Assembly (NCBI GenBank): GCA_965112735.1
Contig: OZ218952.1
Coordinates: forward strand, 5,456,001 to 5,520,000
Direction: 5' to 3'
Length of the DNA stretch: 64,000 bases
Origin: Phaeosaccion multiseriatum
Taxonomy: Eukaryota > Protista > Ochrophyta, other classes
The notes beneath the pieces are model-generated. The model did no database searches. It was given only the letters and a program-made list of their open reading frames with translations, and was not told where the DNA came from. The position numbers were made by a program, and so were the translations under genes. The stretch's first letter is position 1. Each line of letters starts with the position of its first letter. Shown here one piece after another: positions 25,801-37,900 of this stretch.

Positions 25801-28800
25801 AAGAAGTAAGGAGCCTCAAGGTCATGCTCTTAGGACCCACAACTGTGGGCAAGACCAGGTACGATAATGCCCTCTTCATCACTTTGTCCTGTCTAGCTAA
25901 GTGCGATGGGCGACAGAGGAGTTCGAGGGCAGGAGAGAGGAGGGGAGAACTGCTAAGATACACACGTCTCGTTGTCCCCGCTGCTCTTGATTAGCTTCCA
26001 ACATGCCCCCCCCCCCCCCCCAACGTTTCGTCCTTGTGTAGTTTGATGCGTAGCATCAAGGTAGGGCGGCCCACAGCAACGGTGGAAGGGGAGAACCCGT
26101 CGACGGTCGGTGTTGACGTCGATGGCTGCGAGCTCAAGACGTCGGAGGGTTCGGTTGTGTCGTGTCGCTTCTTCGACTGTGGTGGTCAGCAAGACTATCA
26201 CGGCCTGAGCAGCATGTTTATGACAGAAGGAGCTGCCTACCTGCTGGTTTGGAGTCCGCCGGACGATCCAAATGGCGCTGAGCTTGAACCGTTCTTTCAA
26301 ATGCTCAAGCACGGCGCTTCGAAGTCCACTGCGCTCGGTGTAGCCAACAAATGCGACCAGTGGAAGGGGGCTCAGAGCGATTTGACGGCACGCTGTACGT
26401 CATTTCACAGTCTTGTGAAGAAGGAGCTGCGGGAGGGGCGCATAGCGTTGGGGGGGAAAATACACATGACGAGCTGCAAGGAGGAGGACGGAGGGCGGGA
26501 GGAGGAGCTAAGGGTGTTGATGGAGACGTTAACGGGCCTAGGCCAGACGTACGTAGTGGGTTCCTTGCTCAAGAAAGCAGTGGCCCTTCTGGACCGCATG
26601 GCGAAGGGGCACATCTTTCTGACAATGGGTGAAGTGGAAGAAGCGTGGAAGGTGGAGTTGCAGAAGGACGGAGACGAAGACGAGGACAAGGAGCTTGCGG
26701 ATGTGATGCTCCAGTGCGGAGTCAATATGCTGTAAGTACGGAGGGCCTTTGGGGCGAGTTTGTGCGGAATTGAGCGAGCCTATTAGCTGGGTATGGTCCA
26801 GATTCCCAAGGTTGTTGGCGTGGCTGAATACTGTGTCGGAACAGAAGGCCGTTTTGTATTGAGCCCGAGGCGAGAGGGAACGTAAGCACCTGTGGGGGGC
26901 AGGGGTAGCTAGATCACTTTCCCGCCGTGCCCCTCTCATTGCATCTCTCGGTGGGCGTGCAGGGACAGGAACGGAAGACTCGTGGTGGCTGGAGGCGTGG
27001 AGAAAGGTGCAGCCATTGTTCTTTCAGAGGCGGTCTTGTTTTCCAAGTTGATCAGTCCGCTCCTGACTCCGGCCGATGCCATCACTTCCGACGGTGAAGA
27101 AGTGCTTCTCGGTCGCAACGAGGTGTGTGTGAGATGGCAAAGAAAGATAGGAAGGGTTAGAACTTGGCCAGAGTGTACTGATGTTGTGTCGTCCGTCTGA
27201 TGCCCCCCCCCTTGTCCACACTTTTCTCTTCGCTTGCCTCCACCTGCCGTATCCTCGGTATTGGTTTTTGTGTGCCCCCCACGGAAGGGACCTTTCACGC
27301 CACCCGCACTGAAGCCACTGAAGCCGAAGCGACAAGTGGACGACGGCGACGATGGACTTAAACTTGACAGGTGTGGTGCCAACCAACTCAAGGATGGGGT
27401 GCTGACGGTTGGGTTTGCCAGATCGGTGTGGAACGCTGTTCTTCTTCGTGAGGGGGGGGACGGGGGAAGGACTTTCGACGAACAACAAGAAAAGGCTTTG
27501 CTGGGAAGGTTGGTGGACCTGGGCATCATTTTTGAGAAGGCTCAGCACGACAATGCCCCGGGAGGGGTCAATGGTGGTGGCAATCCTGCCGAGGGGCAAG
27601 AGCTCCAATTCGTGATCTCCCTCCGCATGCCAGATGCGATGGACAGCTCGAATGAGCGAGCGCAGGAATTGAGAGAAGCGGCAGATGATATCAGTTTGAA
27701 GATGAAGGATTGGGAATGCTTGAAGCAGGTCTACCTCCAGCTGGAGCGCCCCCCTTCCCCCGGGACCATTGCCAGGCTGGTGTCTACTCTCTCCACCAAG
27801 GGACTCGGTGAGGTGGCGGTTGGCTGGAGGCAAGGGGCGTTGTTCGTCGCCGCCCAAGAGGCGTACATGGCATTTGTCAGCTATGACTGGACGAAACAAC
27901 GCTTGTACCTGAAGGTGGCTGGTCTGTGGGAAGAAGGGGAGAAGCAGGTGAGGAAGAGGAAGGGGGGTCATATACGTGGCCTGATGTACTCACCACCGCG
28001 TCGCACTTACTCTGACTCTTGCAAGTTGTGTTTCTACACTTTTTTTTTTTGCGCTTCATCAACAATGCAACAAAGTGCGACTCTTTCCCGACCGTTGCGA
28101 TGGGCTTGTTGCTCCGACACACGGTCCACCACCTCTCCTCCTACAAGTGCCGGTGGAAGGCCGTGTACGTGGTCAAGGACATGAGCATGAAAGAAAAGTG
28201 GGAGCCACTCTGTGAGGTAAGAGAGAGTGTGTGCACTATGCTTGTGGTATGGTCGAGGCTTCTCTCGTGCCAGAGAAGTGTTGCTCTCAGCTTTGGTGCG
28301 GCTGACAGATATCATAACCTGTGTGCTTTGGACGGAAACAGGGAAACCTTCAGGAACTCGGATGTGTGCTGGATAGGTCGAGGGAAGCTGAGGCAGGCAC
28401 AAACGAGCAGCGCCGGCTGTCGGAACAGGATGTCGAGGGGCTGATCGCTACACCCGTCCCGAACCCCCGCTGGGCGCCGCCGGCCCTGGCCATGGGTCGC
28501 TTTGGAGACGAGTGGAAGACAGTGCGCGACAAGTTTGAAGGGGAGGCTTTCGGTACACTACGGACTTGTGTGAACACGTTCACGAAAAACCAGGTACAAG
28601 GCTGCTGCGAGCGAAGAGTAGGCCCAAGAGTAGGCCTGTGTTGACGACTTTGCTCTCCGAAACCTGTGTTCTGATGCTGATTTCCTTTTGTCCCTCTCTT
28701 CTCTCGAAGGGATACCTGCGGAAGGCGCGAGAGGAGCTTCTCAAAGACGGCGAAAGTCTTGTAATGAAGGACGATACGGATTACCAAGTCTTCCTGAGCC

Positions 28801-29501
28801 ACGCCGGGACGGAGAAGCGGGGCATTGTGTCTCTGCTGCACAGATGTCTGTGGCAGAGAGGAATTCCGACTTTCTTGGACGAGAAAAGCCTAAAGCCAGG
28901 AGACCGCGCCGAGCACAAGATGCTCCACGTTGCCCGCACCGCCCCGATTGGCGTGGTCGTGCTGAGTCCGTCTTTTGTGTGCCGAGAGTGGCCTCTTCAG
29001 GAGATGCAAATCTTCATGGACAGGGCGAGGAAGGGGGAAGCAACGCTGGTGCCGTTATTCTTCGGGCTGACGGTTGAGGAATGCTGGAACCCGCAGCTAC
29101 TACAAAAGAACCATCCTGACGTGAAGGATACGTGGGGCGAATGGAGCGAAGGGGAGGGAGGGGTTTGGCGTTGGCTGAAGGCGCAGAGATGGGCAGGATC
29201 GGTTTGGAGTTGGCTTACGGGGCAAAGAGGGGCAGGACCGGGTTGGAGTTGGCTTAAGGGGCAGAGACGGGACGAGCTTGCGAAAGACCTGCTGGGGAGT
29301 GTGGGTACGCACACGGGTCTCCGCGACGACCAGAAAGAAGATCTGTTTGCTTTCGCCAAAAGAGTGGCCAACAAGGTGGAAAGGGCATTGACGACGTTTC
29401 ATTCCAAGTCCGAGAAAAGAAAGTTCGAAGGGTTGGAGGGGGGTTCCACGCTGACATGCACGTGTGATGGGGGGGGGGGGGGGGCAGAAGCCCGGACGTG
29501 A
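22841..29501 (+). CDS. LRR-ROC-COR-TIR (ROCO family) protein, paralog 1; N-cap plus 15 LRR exons
   Basis: N-cap exon 22841-23027 and LRR exons 23271-25415. Roc motifs GPTTVGKTS, STVGV, FFDCGGQ, VANKCD and TSCK (exons 25609-25858, 26042-26731). COR-like exons to 28593. TIR exon from 28710 with VFLSHAG, TFLDEKSL, VVVLSPSF, WPLQE and LVPLFF. Confidence 0.88.
23271..25415 (+). repeat. LRR exon/intron cassette array 1 (15 exons; first 69 bp, others 72 bp; ~149-bp period)
   Basis: Exon starts: 23271, 23416, 23564, 23713, 23858, 23999, 24150, 24303, 24452, 24601, 24749, 24899, 25047, 25195, 25344. All are phase 1 and fit GxIPxxLGxLxxLxxLxLxxNxL. Confidence 0.95.
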
Positions 29502-30022
29502 CGGGTACCATAACACAAGAATGAAATTGTATATAAATGTATTGTGTAGTGGAAGGAAGGTCCAGAAACGTGACGTCCATCTCAGAACGCCAGCCAGAGC
29601 CGCCAGTCTTCGGGCCTACGTGCTTCCACGCCGGGCCTTCTCAGGCGGTGGTCTTGTTTTTGGACTCTGCTTGCCTCTTGTCTGTCTGTCTGTCTGTCTG
29701 TCTACCACTCAGTTCGCTCGTTCGCTCGCTTGCTCCTCCACGCTCTTTTGCTGCATTGGTGTAACTTTGGTGTGCGTTGGTGTGCCTCAAGCTTAACTTG
29801 TGTGGTGGGCCGTCAAGGACCATCCACTTCACATACACAGTACTAGGACGGAGGGGAGCGGCCGCTTTTCATGTGGAGCCCTTGTCATGTTGCAAGTTGC
29901 TGGGCGGTGAGTCAGGCAACGTCTTAGCACCGTAGGAATCACATTGCGGGGTCCGGCCTCTCTCTCCGCTCTCCTCTTTTAATCCATAAACTATAATTGA
30001 ATTGACAGATGGTATTAATTAA

Positions 30023-30600
30023 CACTCGATTTGCGTAAAAATCGCCCAAATCGCCCGATTTCTGGCCCAAAACGGTTTTAGCGCATTTGCAGGAAAATGA
30101 CGCTGGGAGGAGCGCTATAGCTCTTCGTGTAGCTCTTTGAGATCCCCACCGATCCATGGTCTTTCGGCTTTCATCGCCTCTTCCCTTCCGTAGTTGTCAG
30201 CATTTCCGCAGCAGCACCCCCTTCCCGGGGGGGGGGAGAAGGGGGATATGCACGCCACGGAAATCGCTCATGGGCAGCTTGCCCGCCCTTCTGCAAGAGA
30301 ACAGGCGCAGCGCTACGGCGGCTAGCCACAGTGGAGCAGCAGCAGGACCCTTGGCAAGCCTGGTGCGATTTCCGTGGCGTGCACATCCCCCGTCCCCCCC
30401 CCGCCGGGAAGGGGGTGCTGCTGCGGAAATGCTGATAACTACGGAAGGGAAGAGGCGATGAAAGCCGAAAGACCATGGATCGGTGGGGATCTCAAAAGAG
30501 CTACACGAAGAGCTATAGCGCTCCTCCCAGCGTCATTTTCCTGCAAATGCGCTAAAACCGTTTTGGTCGAAATTTGGGCGATTTTTACGCAAATCGAGTG
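30023..30600. mobile_element. Foldback MITE with long TIRs inserted at TTAA (piggyBac-like)
   Basis: TTAA-CACTCGATTTGCGTAAAAATCGCC...GGCGATTTTTACGCAAATCGAGTG-TTAA with ~245-bp arms. The empty site GGTATTAAAA is present in units 2-4. Confidence 0.85.
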
Positions 30601-30918
30601 TTAAAAAAGGGGGATAGAAAATAGGAGAGCTTGCTTGGGTTGTGCTCAAACACATAAGACCATGCAACAAGTAACCTTCCCCCTTACCCTACAACCCCCC
30701 CTGGCCCAGACAGTGTAACCGCCCCCCCCCTCCTCGGTCTTTCCCACTTGGGCCTCTAAGAACCCATTTTTTGCTTACATGGGGCTCTCAGGGTACCCAT
30801 TGTTTGCTTACCTGGGCCTCAGGGTATCTAGTGTTTGCCTACTTCGACCTCAGTTGGGCCCCAGGGTACCCATTACCCATTGTTCGCTAACTTGGGCCTG
30901 AGGGTGCCCATTATGTGC

Positions 30919-32384
30919 TTACTTGGGCCTCAGGGTGTTGATTATCTTGGCTCTATCGTCGTCATACACGTCTTCCCCGAGCCCAATCTTGGGGTTGCTC
31001 AGGAACTCGTTCTGAGGAGGAGGAGGAGGAGGAGCAGGAGGAGGAGGAGGACGAGCAGTAGCAGCAGCAGGAGGAGGAGGGTGAGGAGGAGCAGCAGGAG
31101 GAGGGTGAGGAGGACACACACACACACGGGCACACACACACGCCCAGACAACACGGGCAAACACAAACACACACATACACACACATACACACATACATAC
31201 ACACGCCGACACACATACACACACATACATACACACACCCACCTGCGCATCGTCGCTCTGATACACACACGAGAGCAGCGGGTTGTCGTCAAGATCGCCC
31301 ACAAAGGCCCATGTATTCATGCCGTTCTTACACGTGTTGACCTCCTTATCCGACAGCAAATGGCGACGCTGCAGCACCTCTACCACGTTAGCGGGCCTCA
31401 GCACACACGCCGGCTTGACGTCCGCTTGGCTCACATGGATGGAGAAGGGGTTGAAGGTGACAAACACGCGTTGGTCCAGAGCCATGGCGGAGGAACCGTA
31501 TATCTGCGGAGGATTGAGGATGGAGGAGGAGGAGGAGGAGGAGGAGGATGGAGGAGAAGGAGGAGGATGGAGGAGGAGGAGGAGGAGGAGGAGGAGGATG
31601 GAGGATGGAGGAGGAGGAGGAGGAGGAGGAGGAGGAGGAGGAGGAGGAGGAGGGGGAGGGGGAGGAGGAGGATGGAGGAGGAGGGGGATAAATAGCAGTG
31701 TATGAATGACAGTGGAGGAACGGGCCCGGGTGGGGTGGGGTGGGGGGTGGGGTGGCAGAACAGAGTAGAGAGGAGTAGAGGCATGAGACAGAGAGAGGAC
31801 AATGGTTCATCAGGACTGATCAGGACTGACACTCAAACAAAGTGTGGCGTGCTCTCTCCTCTTCCCTCTCCTCTGTTCGCCCCTCTCTGCCTCCTCTCCA
31901 GCTCGACAGACGGAATGACGGACGAACGGAAGTGGGGGTGGGCTTGCGCCCTCCTCTCTCCCCTCTCTCCTCTATTCTGTTCTCGCTCTCCTCTCTCCTC
32001 CGGCCTCTTTCTCCCCTCTCTCCTCCGGTCTGTTTCTCTCCTCTCCTCTTTCTCCTCTATTCTCTCCCTCCCCTCTCTCCTCTGTTCCCTCTCCTCTCTC
32101 CTCCTCCTCTCTGGTCTCTCTCTCCTCTCTCTTTCCTCCAATTTCTCTCTCTCCTCTCTCCTCCTCCTCTCTGGTCTCTGTTCTTTGTACTCTCTCCTCT
32201 CTTCCCTGTCCTCTCTCTTTCCTCCGGTCTCTCTCTCCTCTCTCCTCTGTTCTCCCCTGTACCTGGCAAATATTAGGCTTCGGCGCTTGGCGGTCGATGG
32301 CGTCTCGGCTGGCAAGGTCCTTCGGGTTGGTGTTGATGGCGGAGTCAAGCGTTACGCCCGTGCCTATACCGAGCACGAACATGC
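30919..32384 (-). pseudogene. DUF3172-like (cyanobacterial/plastid) gene, 3' three exons only (32384-32263, 31503-31243, 31011-30919)
   Basis: Peptides FVLGIGTGV, LASRDAIDRQAP, ICQIYGSSAMALDQRVFVTFNPF, ACVLRPAN, CKNGMNTWAFVGDL and CVYQS. The first visible exon begins at an acceptor whose upstream intron is cut by the unit junction. The family was recognised from memory, not by a search. Confidence 0.72.
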
Positions 32385-32830
32385 CTGCGACGACAGAGAG
32401 AGGAGGGGGGGGGAGGGGGAGGTAGAGACAAGAGAGCGAGGGCGCGCACACGCAGAGACGGGAGGCGTCAGTCGGAGAGGGGAAAAGAGAGCCCCTCTAT
32501 CGTCTACAGACGTCGGTGCATGAGCTGCTGCGGTTGAGACTGTGGTGGCCGGTTGCCAAAAGCATCAGTGTGCAAGACACCCTCCAGGTGACTCACCCGA
32601 GCCTGCATCGCTCGTCCTGTCAATGGGGCCTACGCAGGCGCTGGTCGTCCCCCCGACCCACCACTAGTACTGCCACTGGCTGCATCACCAAACAAGGCTT
32701 CCTCTGCACTAGTACTCCATGGAGAGCGAGTATATGGCAGCAGCGGAAGCAGTGAAGGAGCTGCTGTTTCACAGAGGTTTAGCGCAACGACGGCGAGAAC
32801 GGGAGCTACTCTTACGGAGTTGGTTTTGCA

Positions 32831-33061
32831 CTGTGCTAAGCTAAGATAGTAGAAACGTTGCGGGGTTTGGACTAAGTATATGCTGCAAAATCAGCATAGT
32901 CTTGGATGGTCTCAACGCCCATAGAACATGTTATCGGCCCCCCCCCCCCCCGGCCCGATAACATGTTCTATGGGCGTTGAGACCATCCAAGACTATGCTG
33001 ATTTTGCAGCATATACTTAGTCCAAACCCCGCAACGTTTCTACTATCTTAGCTTAGCACAG
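32831..33061. mobile_element. Longer (231-bp) version of the foldback insertion at the same site in unit 2
   Basis: Same outer arms as 18947-19063, plus additional inner arms around a poly-C loop. Confidence 0.82.
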
Positions 33062-33749
33062 AACTAGTTCTGAGAGGATAACCAGGGGTGCAACCAGCTG
33101 GAACTAGGGGTGTATCCAGTTGGAAAGCAACGCAAGTTCGAAGCGAACACGCCACACCGACGTCCGTTATCATTTCTGCAGTACCACGTGCGCAAGAGGA
33201 CGAAAAGAAGGGCGGTCACCTCAGCCCAGCCAGGTACACAGCGGTCTGGCATCTTCAAGGTCACATCCATTTGTGAATTTGATGGATTCAAAGCTCGTTC
33301 AGCGTGTGTCTAAGTAATGGTGAGACGTTACTTTTAGACAACCATAGATGGCACTTAAGGGTGTATATCTCAGGCCCAGTCTTCCTTCCGTAATGAGACT
33401 GGCCAGCGTCGATTTGGGAGTTGCAAATGGAGCAGTGCTTGACAGGGAAGGGGCGAGGGGAAGAGGAGCCCCCAGGACATTTTGGCCGCCGTGGCTGGAA
33501 GAGCCGCACCAGTCAAGAGAGCACGAGCATCGGATCATTTTTAAGTGAAGACTCCACGCCATATGCGTTGACACCAGTAAAACCAATTCATTGCGACGTT
33601 TTCTTATCCACGAGACTCCGTTATCTGAAGACGCATCGCAGCCCAGAACAACCTCATCCTCCTCCTCCTCCTCCTGCCGCCGCCGAGTCTTTCCACATCC
33701 TGCACTCGCCATTTGTGAGCCCCTCCTACTTTTGCTCCTCCTGCCTCGC

Positions 33750-34765
33750 AACGGGAGAAGTACCTGGCCAGAGCCCTCAGCCACAGCGTGAAAGGTGCTG
33801 GTGCGTGGCTCCACCTTCAGCCGACCAAGAAGGCAGGGGGAGCACCACTCCACCTCACAGACGCCGAGCACAAGAGTGCCATTCGGCGAAGACTTGGCTC
33901 TGACCCCACCTACAGCAAGGACTGTCATAAGTGCCCTGGCAAGGCGCTGACGGAGGGGCACATCGTCACCTGTACCAAGACGGGGCTCAGCACACCCCAA
34001 CACGACGCTGTGCAGAAGGCACTTGTCGCCCTGCTGAAGAGCGAGGGCCTGGGCAGAGGGATAGTCCAGAACACCGGCTTCCCCTTCTTCATGAGGGCAA
34101 GAACGATCACCCCGCGACGAGGGAGAGGAAGGAGCAACGCCGTGAGGAGTGACGCCCACGTGGCCAAGCAGATGGAGATGGACATCGTGACTCCCCCCAG
34201 GATGTTTGAGCTTCCGTCCGATCATGAATATGGCGACGGCCACAAGTCCCTCATGATCGACGTCACGCTCACAGATGCCACCAACACCACCAACCGGGCC
34301 AAGGCATCGAAGGAGGCACTCGCGGCAGCCAAGAAGGCTGAAGCTACCAAGCGGACCAGGTATGGGGTGCCACAGGTAGGCATGGAAGGCCAGGGTGGGG
34401 ACATCCACTATGACCCCACGCGATACCACCTCGTCCCTTTCGCAATAGAACAGCAAGGCGCATTTGGTCCTTCTGCTCAGACGTTTATGAAAACACTCGC
34501 CACCCACATGGCTGGTGGGGGGCACGAACATCTGGACACGAGGGCTTACGCGAGAGCTGTTTGCGTCATTCGGCGACGATTAGCCGTAGCGCTCCAGCGG
34601 GCCCGACACGAACGATCGGTTCGACACAGGATCCTGGCTGGTATCAACTTTGTTCCAATGGGGAGATGAGTCAGAGGGACACGACCTCGAGGGCTAAGTT
34701 CCCCGGGGCGGTGAGACATTACTTTTAGACAACCATAGATGGCACTTAAGGGTGTAATATATAAA
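33750..34765 (+). mobile_element. 5'-truncated CRE-like non-LTR retrotransposon (CCHC knuckle plus RLE)
   Basis: AGAWL, CHKC...HIVTC, QHDAV, MDIV, IDVT, K..RY, VPFAIEQQG and AVALQR. 14-bp TSD TCCTCCTGCCTCGC at 33736-33749 and 34766-34779. Confidence 0.88.
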
Positions 34766-34934
34766 TCCTCCTGCCTCGCCTCCCCCTTTCACATTCCTCT
34801 CCTCCACTCTCCCTTCTCCCACTTCTTGCCAACTCCAACCCTCTTCTCTTCTCCTCCTCCACCCTGCCGAGGGCGCAGCCCGAAGCACCACCTTGTAAGG
34901 GTGTAATTTTTTTTTGCGTGTTCAAGGTTGCAGG

Positions 34935-37900
34935 ATGTCTAGCGTCCTCGACGAGCAGCGTAGCATACTCACAACCATCTTTCACGCCACGAGCGGACCC
35001 GCTTGGTTTGACACTGCAGGATGGAACACGGAAGCACCATTGGAGACCTGGTTGGGAGTGGGCGTAGAGAATGGCTATGTGGTGAAGCTCAGCCTGTTTT
35101 TCAATGGCCTCAAAGGTGAGAGAGATGTGATTATGGTTGTTGCGCCTTGTGTCCTGAAGAGTTTTCTAAAGTCTTGAAGGTTCGAAAAGGTCGCTCTTTG
35201 TTCATGCAACAACATGTAATGGGTCTAGCATATTCGGGAAGGACGAAGTAAAGGGGGGCAAGAATGAGGCAGCGGCATGACCTGGTAGTCCAGCGATCTG
35301 TTCGCGTCCCCTTGACTTGACTTGATATTAGTATGGCGAACAACTTTCCCCACATCTCAGGGAGTATTCCGCCGCAATTTGGAGAGCTTTCGAACCTTCG
35401 AGAACTTTGGCTCCCCAAGAACAGTCTAGAAGGTAGGCGGTACGCACACCCGTTCGCGTCCCCTTGACTTGATATGAGTATGACCAAAGAACTTTCCACC
35501 CATCCGCAGGGAGTATTCCACCCGAGCTTGGATGTCTTGAGAAGCTTCAGTATTTGGTCCTCCAGAGCAACACTCTAGAAGGTAGGAGGTACGCGTACCC
35601 GTTCGCGTACCCGTTCGCGTCCCCTTGACTTGATATGAGTATGACCAAAGAACTTTCCTCCCATCCGCAGGGAGCATTCCACCCGTGCTTGGAGGTCTTC
35701 AGAACCTTGCGTTTCTGTCCCTCCGCGGCAACAAGCTCACCGGTGAGTGGTACACACACCCGTTCGCGTCCTCTTGACTTGATATTAGTATGACCAAAGA
35801 ACTTTCCCCCGCTCCATAGGGAGCATTCCAGCTGAGCTTGGAGGTCTGGAGAAGCTTCAGCAGCTGGTCCTCCACAACAACACTCTAGAAGGTAGGTGGC
35901 ACGCGAACCCGCTCGCGTCCCTTTCGCTTGAAAGTCGTATGACAAAGAACTTCCCTCCGCTCCGCAGGGAGCATTCCAAGGGAGCTTGGAAGTCTGGAGA
36001 AGCTTGAGTATTTGAACCTCTCCCGCAACGAGCTCACTGGTAAGTGGTACGCGTACCCGTTCGCGTCCCCTTGACTTGATATTTGTATGGCTGAAGAACT
36101 TTCCCCACATCTCAGGGAACATTCCGCCGCAACTAGGACAGCTTTCGAACCTTCGAGAACTTTGGCTCAACCGGAACCGTCTAGAAGGTAAGTGGTACGC
36201 ACACCCGTTCGCGTCCCTTTCGCTTGATATGAGTATAACCAAAGAACTTTCCTCCCATCCGAAGGGAGCATTCCAAGGGAGCTTGGAAGTCTGGAGAAGC
36301 TTGAGCAGTTGGACCTCTCCGACAACAAGCTCACTGGTAAGTGGCACGCACACCCGTTCGCGTCCCTTTCGCTTGATAGTAGCGTGACCAAAGAGCTCTC
36401 CTTCCATCCACAGGGAACCTTCCCAAGGAGTTGGGGAAGCTTTCAAACCTTCGAGAACTAGGGCTCTCGGGGAACAATCTAGAAGGTGAGTGGTACATTT
36501 TCCCCTTTCGCGTCCTCTTGACTTGATGTTTAGTATGGCTGAAGAACTTTCCTCCCATCCGCAGGGAGGATTCCGCCGCAACTTGGACAGCTTTCAAACC
36601 TTCAATACCTACGGCTCGATAAAAACAATCTAGAAGGTAGGTGGTACGCACACCCGTTCGCGTCCCTTTGACTTGATATCAGTATGACCAGAGAACCTTC
36701 CTCCGCTTCGCAGGGAACATTCCACCAGAGCTTGGGCGTCTGCAGAACCTGGCCGTGCTCAACCTTGGCAAAAACCAGCTCACTGGTAAGTGGTACGCAC
36801 ACCCGTTCGCGTCCCTTTGACTTGGTGTAAGTATGACCAAAGAACTTTCCTCCGCTCCGCAGGGAAGATTCCGCCCCAGCTTGGAAGTCTGGAGAAGCTT
36901 GAGGTTTTGAGCCTCTCTGGCAACAGGCTCACTGGTAGGTGGTACGCGAAACCGTTCGCGTCCCTTTGACTTGATATTAGTATGGCTGAAGAACTTTCCC
37001 CACATATCAGGGAGCATTCCGCCGCAGCTTTCGCAGCTTTCAAACCTTCGAGGACTTCGGCTCAACCGGAACAGTCTAGAAGGTAGGTACGCACACCCAT
37101 TCGCGTCCCTTCGACTTGCTATGAGTATGACCAAAGAATTTTCCTCCCATCCGAAGGGAGCATTCCAAGGGAGCTTGGACAGCTTTCGCACCTTCGAGAA
37201 CTTAAGCTCCACCAGAACAGTCTAGAAGGTAGGTGGTACGCACACCCATTCGCGTCCCTTCGACTTGCTATGAGTATGACCAAAGAATTTTCCTCCCATC
37301 CGAAGGGAGCATTCCAAGGGAGCTTGGAAGTCTGGAGAAGCTTAAGTCTGTGGACCTCTCCTCCAACAAGCTCGCTGGTAAGTGGGACGCGTACCCGTTC
37401 GCGTCCCTTTCATTTGATACTAGAGTAAGGAACATGGCGAGATTTTCGATGAGCCAAATTGTGAGTGGTCCGGCTCCATGGCGACGTACAGCTTGACCCA
37501 CTGCTGCCTTTCAAGACTCGCCACGCATCCTCCGCCGTGCCGTTCTACCTTGTCGCATCCCTGCCTGCAGGCTTTGCAACGGGCACGAATGAAGATTCGA
37601 TACTCAGATTTTGCAATGGGATCCTCTTTAGGGTGGAAGACAACCCGCTTCAGTACCCGCCAGTTGGGGTGCTGCTGCAAGGACGGCACATGACGCAAAA
37701 GTACTTCGATGACTTGCGGAAGTGTTCAAAAGAAGTAAGGAGCCTCAAGGCCATGCTCTTAGGGCCCACAACAGTAGGCAAGACCAGGTACGATATGCCC
37801 TCTTCGTCACTTTGTCCTGTCTAGCTATGTGCGATGGGCGACAGAGGAGTTCGAGGGCAGGAGAGAGGAGGGGAGAACTACTAAGATACACGCGTCTCGT

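Noticed and set aside
33750-34765. Diversity-generating retroelement or dedicated RT driving LRR variation
   Set aside because: No RT motifs are present in the window and no template/variable repeat pair was seen. The fragments have TSDs and 3' tails of ordinary truncated non-LTR insertions.
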